Shown piece by piece: positions 51,201 to 60,266 of a stretch of 64,000 nt of DNA. Position numbers and translations under genes: made by a program. How positions within the stretch are numbered: the stretch's first letter is position 1; each line of letters starts with the position of its first letter. The notes under the pieces are model-generated. The model was not told the origin of the DNA and searched no databases. It saw only the letters and a list, made by a program, of their open reading frames with translations. Source of the DNA: a virus; the IMG/VR virus record IMGVR_UViG_3300042387_000230, positions 3,248 through 67,247 of that record, one strand, 5' to 3'.

Positions 51201-54200
51201 GTGCTTAGTTCCATGTATCGGTATTCTAGAATATGGAACCCACTTGCCACTGTCCGAAATTCTTAGATTATCGCCAACTACCTCATATTTTAGATTGTTA
51301 CCAATATCTCCGCTACTAGGAATATTACCAGTTTTAGAATCCTTTTCGGGAACGCTAAATCCGTCTACCACGGCCCTAAGGCTACTAACTATCTCTTCTA
51401 GTAGGCGGTCTGGACCCTTAACACCTGCATTTTTAGCTAGACTGCGACGTAGAGCGATTACCTCCTTAGCTTCTTTATCTTCAAACTCTTGAGCTGCAAT
51501 CTCCACTTGCTGCCAAGTCTTAAACTTAGACAAAGGTCTGTAGATTCTAGACGGCCTACCCCTGTCTGGGTATAGTAAGTACATAATTGTTTCAAACACG
51601 TCGCGGTACCTTTGTCTGTATTCCAGTAAAGAGGCAAACTTTAACCAAGGATATGATTTAACAAGGTCGCTTCCAGCGGTAAGCACTCCTAGGTTTTTCC
51701 TAGCAATTACTACGTCTATCTTTTTATCGGTATAGCTCATAGTCCTGATGTTGTCATCAAGAATCTGGGTATCAAGATCTGGATTTCCTATGATGTCTGT
51801 TTTTACACCCAAGAAGCTAAGAACCTTATTGGCAAGCGCAGCTACAGCTGGACCGAATCGGTAACTCTGGGATAGAGGTAGAGTTACGTCTCTTCCCATT
51901 TCTCCAAGAGCGTCTACGGTTCCACGGAACTCATAAATTTGCTGGAAGGTGTCACCTACAATAATTATTTGAATTCCGTTGTCATACTTAGTCTTTTGCT
52001 TTTGGAATATGTCAAAAATTGCAGGGTTCATGTCCTGCGCCTCATCTATAAGAATAAACTTTGGCGCTTTAAGAAGACCATTAACGGTGTACTTATTGTT
52101 TTCTGGATTTTTATCAGAGATAGACAAGTCAGGCTCAGTTAATTGGAAGTTTTTTATCAAATCATCGTGATTGACTAGCAACTGCTCCACTCCGGGTTTG
52201 TATTCTGCAGTTAGCTCAGCCCACAGCATCTTAGCCATTCTTATTAGCTTAGGTGGGAATATAGTCTCGTCTGGTACTCCGTTATTTTGAAGTTGCTTAG
52301 GGTCTTGGTATTGGTTATAATCAAAAGGACTTTGATTGTTTTTATCGAAAAAGTGCTCTGTAGATATTTCCTTGTCTGCAGTAAGAATCCAAGCATCTAG
52401 AGCACCGACTGCAAGCTGAGTAGCCTCTAAAGCAGACATTTTCACTCCATTGCTTAGAGTTATCTCCGTAAACCCAAACATATCTCTTACGGCAGGATAG
52501 CTAGTACGCCAGATAGAATCAAGTTCTTCAGAAACGCCTTCTTGCTTTTTCTTTTTAAGGTTGTACTCGTCTACCTGCATTCTTTGTGTCATTTTATTGT
52601 TGACTGCTGCATTGTAAGCCATAGAACCAAATGTACGAGACTCCATGTTTCCTGGCATCACTCGGTCAGCCTCTAGCTGGTTATGCTTGTTGAAAACAAA
52701 ATATGAACCGTGCGTGACAGTTTTTTCTATTGTATCTTTCATCTGTTTAGCTAGAGCAACTCCCCTCATCATGGTAGTTTTTCCAGCGCCCGCGTAAGCC
52801 TGAACAACTAGGTTCATGTTGAGAATTGCTGCCTTAATAATGCGCAGACCTTGCTTGGTAGGCTTTGGCTCGACATAAGAAACGTCAAGATCAAACTCGT
52901 CAATCTTTTTTACAGCCGCTTTTTGTTCCGCTTTGGTAGGTATCTTAGGTTCGGTCGGAGGGAAAGCCATAAACTGAGGTCTATTTTCCTCTTGGCTTTG
53001 GCTAGCAGCAATACCGTTAATAATTCCTGCAGCATTCTTTACAAGAACCTCGGCTTCTACGGAGCCGTCACCGGCTTCCTGCGTAGTGAATAGCTCAACC
53101 GTTCTCTTTGCTATGTAGTTAGCAACTCGGGCTTTGTAGTCTGCAGCGTGGAAATCATACTCATCTTTGTTCCACCCGTTAGTAGATGCTTCATAGTCAA
53201 AGTTTGGTCCGTTTTTAGCTCTACCGTCCAGTCCGCGCTGAAGAATGTTCTTGAGAACTTCGTAAGTAGACACAACGTCAGAGTCAGCTTCGTGGCGTCC
53301 GTTGTTCGATAGGCCGAAGTAGTTTACAAGAGCTTCAAGGGTCTGCGAAGACCTCTGAATTCCAGAGTCATCAATGAAAAATGGAGCGTCTGGGTTTGTG
53401 TGACTCCACTTAGGCATAATGTAACGAGCTAGACCTAGGGTGTCAATAAAACCGCCATATTTAAATTCTGGCAGGCCAGCTTCGGTTAGGGTTCTGTTAA
53501 GAACTTCGATGTCAAAAAGGAATCCGTTGTGTCCAGCAAGAATTGAACCTTCAGGAATGTTTTCCAAGAATGTTCTCATGGCTTCTTTTTTGCTAGGCTG
53601 AGTCGACAAGAAATCGCTATTTACGCGTCCTCCTTGGCCGTTACCAACGTTAGATAGAACCCACGAGCTAATCTTTGACCCTGGGTTAATGTAGGTAGAC
53701 ATCTGGCTGTCAATTTTTCCGTTAGAAATCTTAACGATAGCCATCTGAATAGGGTCGTTTTTAATTTCTGGGTCAGCTGGCTTAAAGATACCCGTGGTCT
53801 CAAAGTCAAAGACGTAGATATCTTTAGAGTAGAGGAAGTCTACCAAGTCTTGGTAGTTGTCAATGTTCTTAACTTCGTCAAGCGCCGGTCCTACAAAAGC
53901 AGGAGGATCAAAACGCGTCATCTTTGGTTCCGGGTTGCTGTCTTTAAATGACATAAGCTGAGCACGTGTTGTTATGGCTCCAGCTTTGTAAATTCCAATA
54001 GCCTTGTTTACTTCTGCAGACAACTCCGTTAAAATCTCTAAGAGCGCCTTAGATGGACGATTAAGTCTTCCGTAGGTTTCTACCTCGCCAGCGTCAAGTA
54101 GGCCATCGCGAACCCTAGCTAGGACTTCATTTACGTCTTCAGGAGTAGGTAGGTTTTTGTTCCTGAGAGTCATCTTAGGTTTCAAGGTGCTGATATCAGT

Positions 54201-57200
54201 GATAGCGCCCTGAATTATTTTTCTGCCTTGAGCAGTAACTGCTCTTTCTCTCAGCGCATCGGCAAGCATTGCGTGCGTTTCATCTAGAATGGCTCTAATA
54301 ATTCCTAAATCAATCTGTAGACCAGATTTTAGAATGGTAGCAACTCGAGCATCCTCGAGAATTCTTACATCTTCGTCTAGGTTCTCTTCTTGTACTGCGA
54401 CTGGTCTGCCCTGCCCTACAGGGCTCATTAGTCTTTCGTAAGCTTGTTTATTGTTTGCCCACGTGTCGTAAGGCAAAATTAGTCCATAGATTGCCTCTAC
54501 ATACTTCCGCGCTCTAAGGTAGTCTTCACCACCGTCTATGTCAACTTTAGTAAACGCAACGTAGGCATCAAACGCATTAACTAGCCAGTCTTCCTGACCT
54601 ACTTTTTCAGGTCTAGGAGTGTAGCTCTCTAGAGTGAAGTTGTCGTCTTGGAATGCACGCCTGACAGCCGCTTCAATGGCGTCCTGGTTTTTGTACCAAT
54701 CTGGCAACTGCATACGGTCAATTGGGTACCCAAATAAAATAGCCTGGACTACGTTACCGCCAATGTTATCTGGAAGCAGTAATTTTTTGTCTCCTACGAT
54801 GGCCTCTATAGGAAATACAGTGTGATACGGAGTTCCGTAAAAAATGCTAAGATCGTTGCTTGCTATTTGTTCTCTGTCGTCTATAAGGTCGGGCTCGAAA
54901 GGCTTTGGTACAGGTCCGTAGAAAACTGGAACGTCATCCGCTTGATTGTAGGTCTCGCTGGTGCCGTCTTCAAACAATACAGCATAAAATCCATCTAGTT
55001 CACCAATGTAAGAAATGACCTTAGGCACGCCATTAACTACAACGCGATTGCCAACCTTGAGAATACCTGGGTTGACGTAATCAACATTTAGTGGCGACTC
55101 TGCTTCCGGCTCCTCGGTTGAATCTTCAGGAGCTGGCTGGTCGGCAACTGGAGTAGGCGCTGGCTCGGCTGTAGGAGTGGGGGTAGCAGGAGCCGCGTTC
55201 TGTATCGGGCCGTCTTCTAGCTTTCGAGTAGGGACGTAGTTTTCAGGCACAGCAATGCTGCCGCGTATGCTCTCTGGAATCTTGTCTAGAATGTCGTCGA
55301 TTGGCATCGAGTTGATGGTTCGATAGTCAAGCGCCGTCTGCCAGTAGCTGATTTCTCTAGGTCTTAAACTTTCGATTAAGTTTTCGCTTGCTTCTCGTGC
55401 AGTTAGGTCCGGCAGTTTACTAAGTATTTCTGCTATTTCTTTCTCAGACAATAGTCCAGGAGTGTTTACTACTCGCTCTATAGAAGACAGCTGACGAGGG
55501 TTAGCTCCGTCTTTACCTAAGTTGGTGTAGTATGTCAGTGGGTCTTGAGGCTGGTATTTGTCCTTGTACGGAGCTTCATCACCTTCGTTTATCCAGCTTT
55601 CTAGGGCCGCGCTTGTCATAGTGCGGAACTCTTCTTGGAAATTAGGGTAGTTTTTGTCCTGGTCATCTCCTTCGTCAATTAGATCTTGGAGTTTTCTATT
55701 TACAAGTATTGACTCAACCTTAACTATCTGAGAGGGAGTGGGTCGACGAGCGGCATCTACATCCGACTCCAAGAATTGAGGGACAGGCTCAAATTGGCCC
55801 TTCTTGTCGGCAACTTCCTGAGCTGTAATTTTGTCTTCAGCACGTCTGCCCCAGCCCCATGACGCGTTGATGTCCTTAATAATCTGCTCAACTTCAGCAC
55901 CTGGCAGGTTGTAAAGGCTGTCAAATATTTCTTTAGCTAGACCCTCTTGGCCGGCTGGCGGAGTACGTTTTGCTAGCTGGGCCAGCACAATTTGTCGTCT
56001 GCCAGGGGCGGCTTTTCCAATGTACTTTGGATATTTACCGTCTGGAGATCTCTCAGGGTTTTGAGGCTGCGTAGAGTTGATGATGTCCGCAAGTGCGGCA
56101 GCTTCAGCTAAGGTGTAGTTTTCTGGATTCAAATACATGTCGTCAATTAGGCGACCAATGCTTGGGTCATTGATAATGCTTCTATCGAAAGCCTGGTGGG
56201 TAGGCCCCGTAATTTGACGTGATAATTTGTGCTTAGTGTCATTTTTGTAAGGGCTTACGTAAGAAACTGGAGAATCGTCTGGGGAATTGCCAGCTTTCTC
56301 TAGACGATCTCTGTAATACTGAGCGTCTTCTTTAACTTTTGCCTTTAAATCTTCAAAGGCAACATCATCGCTTGGGGTAAATCGCATGAATGGCGGTCGA
56401 ACACTGTCCATTCCTTCGGCGTCCCAGCTGACGGTCGGCAACTGATTGTTAACAGAGGCAATGATATCTTTAACATCACTCCAGCTAAATCCAATACCGA
56501 TTGGCTCCATGTGCGTAGCAGACGCGGTTAGGTCATAAACGGTGAACGCGTCTTCAGCAATGGATGGCTCGTAAAAAAGAATGTCTTGACCATTAATGTC
56601 GTCAAAGTTGTAAACAGGAACAACGCTTACAGTTGCAGGGCCAAACGTAACGTAGTTATTGCCGTCCTTGCTCTGATAGTGGTTGTCAATGACTTTACCC
56701 CAGTCCTCTGGAACGTCAACATCAGGGTCAACAGGTACGTACGGCTCTTCTGGAGTGTCCTCTACTTCTGGCTCTTCCTGAGGTTCTGGCAACTCAGCGA
56801 CAGGGGTGCCAGACGTTGGCTCGTTCTCTGTGTCCGGGTAGTTGCGATCTTCCTGAGTAGCAAGTTGCTGAGTGGATGCCCAGTCTTGGGCATAACCAAC
56901 TACTTCTTCCTGGCCGCGCTTGCTTGAGATGAGCTCGTAGACTGGCTTGTCCGGGTTTAGCTGGTCAGTGCCAAACTGGCCGATAATCTTTGCGCCAAAC
57001 TTTTGCTGAGCTTCCGCAATGCGCTTCTGAAGTGCCTCGTCAGGTTTGTTGTACAAGCTAGCCTGGTAGCCGTCGCCGGTAACAAAGTTGCGGTTCGGCT
57101 TGACTTTGCTGGTTAGGCCACTTACTGTAGCTGCGACCTTAGTTGGGTACCAGCTGGTAGGAAGGTCCTTGCGCTTTAAATCTTTAATGTCAACAAAAGG

Positions 57201-58052
57201 AACGTTGGAGTTCTTAGCCATAGGAACTAGGTTAGATACAGAGTGTTCTGGAAGAATGGCCTTGAAAGTGTGAGTGATTTCAGACGGAACGGTGTAGATA
57301 CCGTTCTTGAAGCCCTTAACGTTAGTGACTTCAATGTCGATACCGTTAGGGTCATTCTCTGGAATACCAGCAACCTTACCAACGATTGAGTAAATGTTAG
57401 AACCCTTGCGGACGTAGAAGCGGATACCGCCACCCATCTCGGCAAATTGACCCTCGTCATCACGGCGCTGGCGGTTTGCACGCATTCTGCGGTGCCATGA
57501 AGAGTTTTTACCTGCATACGGGTTACCGAATGCAACTAGAGGCTGAAGAGTTAGCTCTACCGGAACCTGGTCAGCTGCAAGAGCCTGTAGACGTACCATG
57601 TTGAATGCGTAGTCAACCGAGTATGGGTTGCTAGCGTAGACGGCAGCAACGATTGCACGTGCCTCGTCAGACTTGATACGTGGGTCTGATGCAACCCAGT
57701 TCGCTGTGAGCGTACGCAGGGTAGCCGCAGGTAGGTCGTGCTGAGCGGTCGAGCTTGGGTGTCCTAGCGGAAGCAAATCGGTGTGAGACATTTCTCCGTT
57801 TGCCGAAGGGCCCTCTAGTGCAAGAGTGAGGAAGTTTTGAACTTCTCGCAGAGCATTAAAGCACTGGACGTCGATTTCTAGTGACGCAGAGGCAACAAGT
57901 GCTCGCTCTGCAACCGTAAACACAGCCTCGTCAGAAACGGTGCGACCTTTAGGTGCGTCAACAAGAGCTGACTCGATAATGTCAATGATTGAATCTTTAA
58001 GTGACTCGTCTGGAGTGTTGTTACGGTCAAACTCTTCAATAAAGTTACTCAC
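48204..58052 (-). CDS. Giant polyvalent protein (3282 aa): DEDDh exonuclease, UvrD-like SF1 helicase, coiled coil, ArdC-N + zincin (MPTase)
   Basis: FDFETTG/HNGFLFD/HEADSD; AYAGAGKT/DEAQD/GDTFQQIY/SYRF/HGAKGLEYD/AYVALTRA; IPWKKPW/GRVYRGLN/HELTHSTGH/EELIAEIG. Confidence 0.85.
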   Translation of the reverse strand: MSNFIEEFDRNNTPDESLKDSIIDIIESALVDAPKGRTVSDEAVFTVAERALVASASLEIDVQCFNALREVQNFLTLALEGPSANGEMSHTDLLPLGHPSSTAQHDLPAATLRTLTANWVASDPRIKSDEARAIVAAVYASNPYSVDYAFNMVRLQALAADQVPVELTLQPLVAFGNPYAGKNSSWHRRMRANRQRRDDEGQFAEMGGGIRFYVRKGSNIYSIVGKVAGIPENDPNGIDIEVTNVKGFKNGIYTVPSEITHTFKAILPEHSVSNLVPMAKNSNVPFVDIKDLKRKDLPTSWYPTKVAATVSGLTSKVKPNRNFVTGDGYQASLYNKPDEALQKRIAEAQQKFGAKIIGQFGTDQLNPDKPVYELISSKRGQEEVVGYAQDWASTQQLATQEDRNYPDTENEPTSGTPVAELPEPQEEPEVEDTPEEPYVPVDPDVDVPEDWGKVIDNHYQSKDGNNYVTFGPATVSVVPVYNFDDINGQDILFYEPSIAEDAFTVYDLTASATHMEPIGIGFSWSDVKDIIASVNNQLPTVSWDAEGMDSVRPPFMRFTPSDDVAFEDLKAKVKEDAQYYRDRLEKAGNSPDDSPVSYVSPYKNDTKHKLSRQITGPTHQAFDRSIINDPSIGRLIDDMYLNPENYTLAEAAALADIINSTQPQNPERSPDGKYPKYIGKAAPGRRQIVLAQLAKRTPPAGQEGLAKEIFDSLYNLPGAEVEQIIKDINASWGWGRRAEDKITAQEVADKKGQFEPVPQFLESDVDAARRPTPSQIVKVESILVNRKLQDLIDEGDDQDKNYPNFQEEFRTMTSAALESWINEGDEAPYKDKYQPQDPLTYYTNLGKDGANPRQLSSIERVVNTPGLLSEKEIAEILSKLPDLTAREASENLIESLRPREISYWQTALDYRTINSMPIDDILDKIPESIRGSIAVPENYVPTRKLEDGPIQNAAPATPTPTAEPAPTPVADQPAPEDSTEEPEAESPLNVDYVNPGILKVGNRVVVNGVPKVISYIGELDGFYAVLFEDGTSETYNQADDVPVFYGPVPKPFEPDLIDDREQIASNDLSIFYGTPYHTVFPIEAIVGDKKLLLPDNIGGNVVQAILFGYPIDRMQLPDWYKNQDAIEAAVRRAFQDDNFTLESYTPRPEKVGQEDWLVNAFDAYVAFTKVDIDGGEDYLRARKYVEAIYGLILPYDTWANNKQAYERLMSPVGQGRPVAVQEENLDEDVRILEDARVATILKSGLQIDLGIIRAILDETHAMLADALRERAVTAQGRKIIQGAITDISTLKPKMTLRNKNLPTPEDVNEVLARVRDGLLDAGEVETYGRLNRPSKALLEILTELSAEVNKAIGIYKAGAITTRAQLMSFKDSNPEPKMTRFDPPAFVGPALDEVKNIDNYQDLVDFLYSKDIYVFDFETTGIFKPADPEIKNDPIQMAIVKISNGKIDSQMSTYINPGSKISSWVLSNVGNGQGGRVNSDFLSTQPSKKEAMRTFLENIPEGSILAGHNGFLFDIEVLNRTLTEAGLPEFKYGGFIDTLGLARYIMPKWSHTNPDAPFFIDDSGIQRSSQTLEALVNYFGLSNNGRHEADSDVVSTYEVLKNILQRGLDGRAKNGPNFDYEASTNGWNKDEYDFHAADYKARVANYIAKRTVELFTTQEAGDGSVEAEVLVKNAAGIINGIAASQSQEENRPQFMAFPPTEPKIPTKAEQKAAVKKIDEFDLDVSYVEPKPTKQGLRIIKAAILNMNLVVQAYAGAGKTTMMRGVALAKQMKDTIEKTVTHGSYFVFNKHNQLEADRVMPGNMESRTFGSMAYNAAVNNKMTQRMQVDEYNLKKKKQEGVSEELDSIWRTSYPAVRDMFGFTEITLSNGVKMSALEATQLAVGALDAWILTADKEISTEHFFDKNNQSPFDYNQYQDPKQLQNNGVPDETIFPPKLIRMAKMLWAELTAEYKPGVEQLLVNHDDLIKNFQLTEPDLSISDKNPENNKYTVNGLLKAPKFILIDEAQDMNPAIFDIFQKQKTKYDNGIQIIIVGDTFQQIYEFRGTVDALGEMGRDVTLPLSQSYRFGPAVAALANKVLSFLGVKTDIIGNPDLDTQILDDNIRTMSYTDKKIDVVIARKNLGVLTAGSDLVKSYPWLKFASLLEYRQRYRDVFETIMYLLYPDRGRPSRIYRPLSKFKTWQQVEIAAQEFEDKEAKEVIALRRSLAKNAGVKGPDRLLEEIVSSLRAVVDGFSVPEKDSKTGNIPSSGDIGNNLKYEVVGDNLRISDSGKWVPYSRIPIHGTKHNKYTLKGEGYVGTRKSVGKNVVTGKEKFEFYYDKPIEGKDKAASVTKMIEDLVGALSGSDADIFVTNAHGAKGLEYDNVVIWDDFETPEKHASRVADAEAEGKDTSKMEPEWKKDEEIRLAYVALTRAKKTLYTGGLSFYLTTDPEKQAKKDEQKPSNRPDVDKITRDYANPIDVLKGNKKFLEEQLDLAEMLKNDEQAAEIKKSIKDVSAQIKKEKAKLTKEERAKLEEEEKAEAEIKALEEKLAEAEQSKRAKERKAEIAEYKKNLKKAEEARKKSIAEAPARRAQARKDRIADIESYLPELYAERGELEDKIADPDWVGNKEDLKNRMLAGLNRFIARYEEELNDLLTNEEKYAEEDLKERDEFLGKKNNPQLMRFEGKPGEFSYPAYNEQMIANIEKSIDEAKEQLSRKPADREVTNLPDEDLERQISSLEQQIADIQADPDYFRKIDQSNLATAKEALQQLLSGNLDPKLLTYAERWALRYKDGSLGGPAGKNRSMILGLRAKIEELSLRLGESDGTQTANLMLMAFDAADNIDDNQAVTPKPGEPGSDENPIQVDLTEEIKSTNKSNQEVVNTVVASILEAMEKGIIPWKKPWTGEGGFLPTSGATGRVYRGLNLLSLLAASMVRDYKGTRWYTKNAISKLGGYVNKGEDDKDPGVIITFVSTKKYDKEEQVQVPDPDNPDKTKTETRTVTKKFAKMGLDIVYNEDEIQGVELPKLVRKDPPAISEVENIVLDSYTDKPPIQYVAQDSAYWSPSEDVIRLPLREQFNSTEEHLDTLFHELTHSTGHQNRLDRKDLLENYGTHKDVRAREELIAEIGSAILAQMMNVDTSIDNVAAYVQSWATWLKGDPNALHEAASLASKAVEHILGGYWASVDGMVDLNEETEAKTVEAIDMPQGEITGEDGTSGGLGKGVNYRIEGESVILMGNTTANKEIIKATGITPEGKKRPFTFIFHGRNKYWFVTLSGETGLGDRMRILAELKKNLDGDATVTPG

Positions 58053-58055
58053 TTG

Positions 58056-60257
58056 TTATTCTTTCTCTTGCTTTGGAAGTAAGTCGGCGTCTTTGCTATC
58101 GTACAGGTTAATAGCTAGGTCTGATGCTCTGGTGAATGGGTCTTCGCCCTCGGTAACGCCCCTCTTCCACGCAGCGCGGAATACAGGGAGTGCTTCGTAA
58201 CCTAGGCCAGCATACTCAGTCAACGCGTAGATAGCGTCTTCAGGAGTTGCGTATGTTTCTGGAGATTCAATTTTGACAGTAAGTAGGCTTTCGGCATAGA
58301 CAGAGTCAAGGCCGGTGCTTCCAGACGCAGTTACGCTACTCTTAGGGTGTGACGCTGGTAGCAAATCGTTGTCGGTGGTGTACTTAGGGTTCTTAGGGCT
58401 TCCAGACTTTACTAAGTGTAGGAAAGCGTTAACGCGAGCCATAGACCACGAAGCACGGTTCTGGTCTGGACGGTGTGAGGTTGAGAACGCACCTGCGCCA
58501 CGGCGGTAAACGGCCTTAAGCTTTGATAGGGAGACTTTCTTGCCGGCAGAGTCAACGCTGTCGTTGTGCTCTTTGACCTTGTTACGTAGAGACTCTTCTA
58601 CAGCCTTCGAGAAAGTAATCTTCTTCGCGCCAGCTGCTGAACCCTTCTTGTTTTTATCCGAGCCCTTGATTTGGTCTTTCTTAGGGGCTGGCTTTGAGCC
58701 TGCGGTTGCAGAAAGAGCTGCGGCTTCGTCTGCCGGTACGCAGTTAGGAACCATCTTGCCGTTCTTTTCTTTCATGCCAACCTGAACGTAGCCATCCCAG
58801 CAAGGACCGTCCGAAGCAGCAGTAACTGCTTCTTCCTTTTCTACGTCCTCGGTGATTGGACCGCCAGCTGCCCAAGCGTTGCAGGTACGGCTAGCGGCGC
58901 ACTTGAAGTCAAGAGCGGTGCAGTAGCCAAGCTCAGCCTGATCGATTGCATCCCATGCGCTCTGCTCACCAGAGCCACCCTCGGCAATGCCGGTCTCGAT
59001 GCAGTCAAGAGTCTTTGGACGACGGTCGAAGAATACACAGTTGCCACAAATGCTCTTGCTTGCCTCAACTGGAGTAATCTTCCAGCGGTCTGCCTTCTCC
59101 TGCCAAAACTCGGTGTTTGCCTCGTCAGGGTTTAGTGGGCCGTAGCCAACGTTGTCGATTGCGTTCTGACGGTTCTCGATGTTTAGAACGATGTCTTGGG
59201 TTGCAGGTGGGCACTTGCCTCCGTAGTCTGCGTCAGCGGTAATGCTTTCGCTCTGTAGGGTTACAGGTCCCTTACCCTTTTTAATCTTAGACATGTCGAG
59301 CACTTCGGCTGGAGCCCCTGCTCCACCTGAGAACTCTCCAGGGAAATACTCGTGGTCTCCGGCGGTCTTGCCTTTCGGTGCCTTAGCCGGGTCTACTGAG
59401 CCCTCTGGAAGCACTGCAAAACGGCAGTAACCCTCCGGGTCAACCTTAAACGCAACGACGGCGCACTCTTGGCCTCCACGGAAGAGAACACAGTTGCCAC
59501 ACTTAACGCCCATCTCGGCGTATGGGTTGTCCTCAGGCTCGTGGTAGTCGGCCCAGATGCCGGTCTGGTCTTCGTCAAACTTGCCGTACTTGTCGGCAAT
59601 CTCGATTAGTGCCTCGGCTAGGTCCTGCTCTTCGGGGACTAGGTGTCCAGCAGCAAGCAGAGAGGTACGAATTGATTCAGGGGTAGGCTGAAGTTCTGGT
59701 AGCGAGTCCGAGTTATCGTTGTCAACTACTTCTAAAAGAACTTCAGCCTTAGATTTTCCCATATCAAGGTTCATGGTCTGAATCTGCATTGAGTCTGCGC
59801 CAATCGTGGTACCAATCTTCCAGCTCCACTTAGAGTGCGCGTCGATACGGCCAGCTGCCCAGTCTGCGATACCCTGCATGTTGATTGCACTGGCAATGTT
59901 GAAGATATCCTCAACGCAGTTCTTAAGAACTAGGTTTGCCTCGTAGAGGTTAGCTGCCATCTCCATTGGGTCACCCGCTGACGGCTTTGAGTCCAAGCAA
60001 GCAAGCATAAGGAACTGGTCCAAGCCGTGAGGAGCGTCGAAGCCGATGATACGAATGTACTCTGCAATGCGGTCTTCTTCTCCGCTCCAGTCTTCGTAAA
60101 TCTCGCCAAAGAAGTCGTGGAACTGAGTAAACTCAGGGCCCTTGACGTTCCAATGGTAGCCGTGCGCCATATACTGCGCAACAACAGTAGTGCCGAGGAA
60201 TTTGGCTAGCCAGCTAGCTAAGCCTTCCTTACTCAGGTCGTACGATTTTTCATTCAT
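58056..60257 (-). CDS. Dps/ferritin-like domain fused to Cys-rich and other phage head-associated domains
   Basis: HGYHWNVKGPEFTQFHDFFGEIY...DRIAEYIR Dps signature; CGNCVLF...GYCRF; CGNCVFF...KCAASRTCNAW; CWDGY...VPNCVP; LKAVYRRG...WSMARVNAFL. Confidence 0.8.
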   Translation of the reverse strand: MNEKSYDLSKEGLASWLAKFLGTTVVAQYMAHGYHWNVKGPEFTQFHDFFGEIYEDWSGEEDRIAEYIRIIGFDAPHGLDQFLMLACLDSKPSAGDPMEMAANLYEANLVLKNCVEDIFNIASAINMQGIADWAAGRIDAHSKWSWKIGTTIGADSMQIQTMNLDMGKSKAEVLLEVVDNDNSDSLPELQPTPESIRTSLLAAGHLVPEEQDLAEALIEIADKYGKFDEDQTGIWADYHEPEDNPYAEMGVKCGNCVLFRGGQECAVVAFKVDPEGYCRFAVLPEGSVDPAKAPKGKTAGDHEYFPGEFSGGAGAPAEVLDMSKIKKGKGPVTLQSESITADADYGGKCPPATQDIVLNIENRQNAIDNVGYGPLNPDEANTEFWQEKADRWKITPVEASKSICGNCVFFDRRPKTLDCIETGIAEGGSGEQSAWDAIDQAELGYCTALDFKCAASRTCNAWAAGGPITEDVEKEEAVTAASDGPCWDGYVQVGMKEKNGKMVPNCVPADEAAALSATAGSKPAPKKDQIKGSDKNKKGSAAGAKKITFSKAVEESLRNKVKEHNDSVDSAGKKVSLSKLKAVYRRGAGAFSTSHRPDQNRASWSMARVNAFLHLVKSGSPKNPKYTTDNDLLPASHPKSSVTASGSTGLDSVYAESLLTVKIESPETYATPEDAIYALTEYAGLGYEALPVFRAAWKRGVTEGEDPFTRASDLAINLYDSKDADLLPKQEKE

Positions 60258-60266
60258 TTGTTTTCC

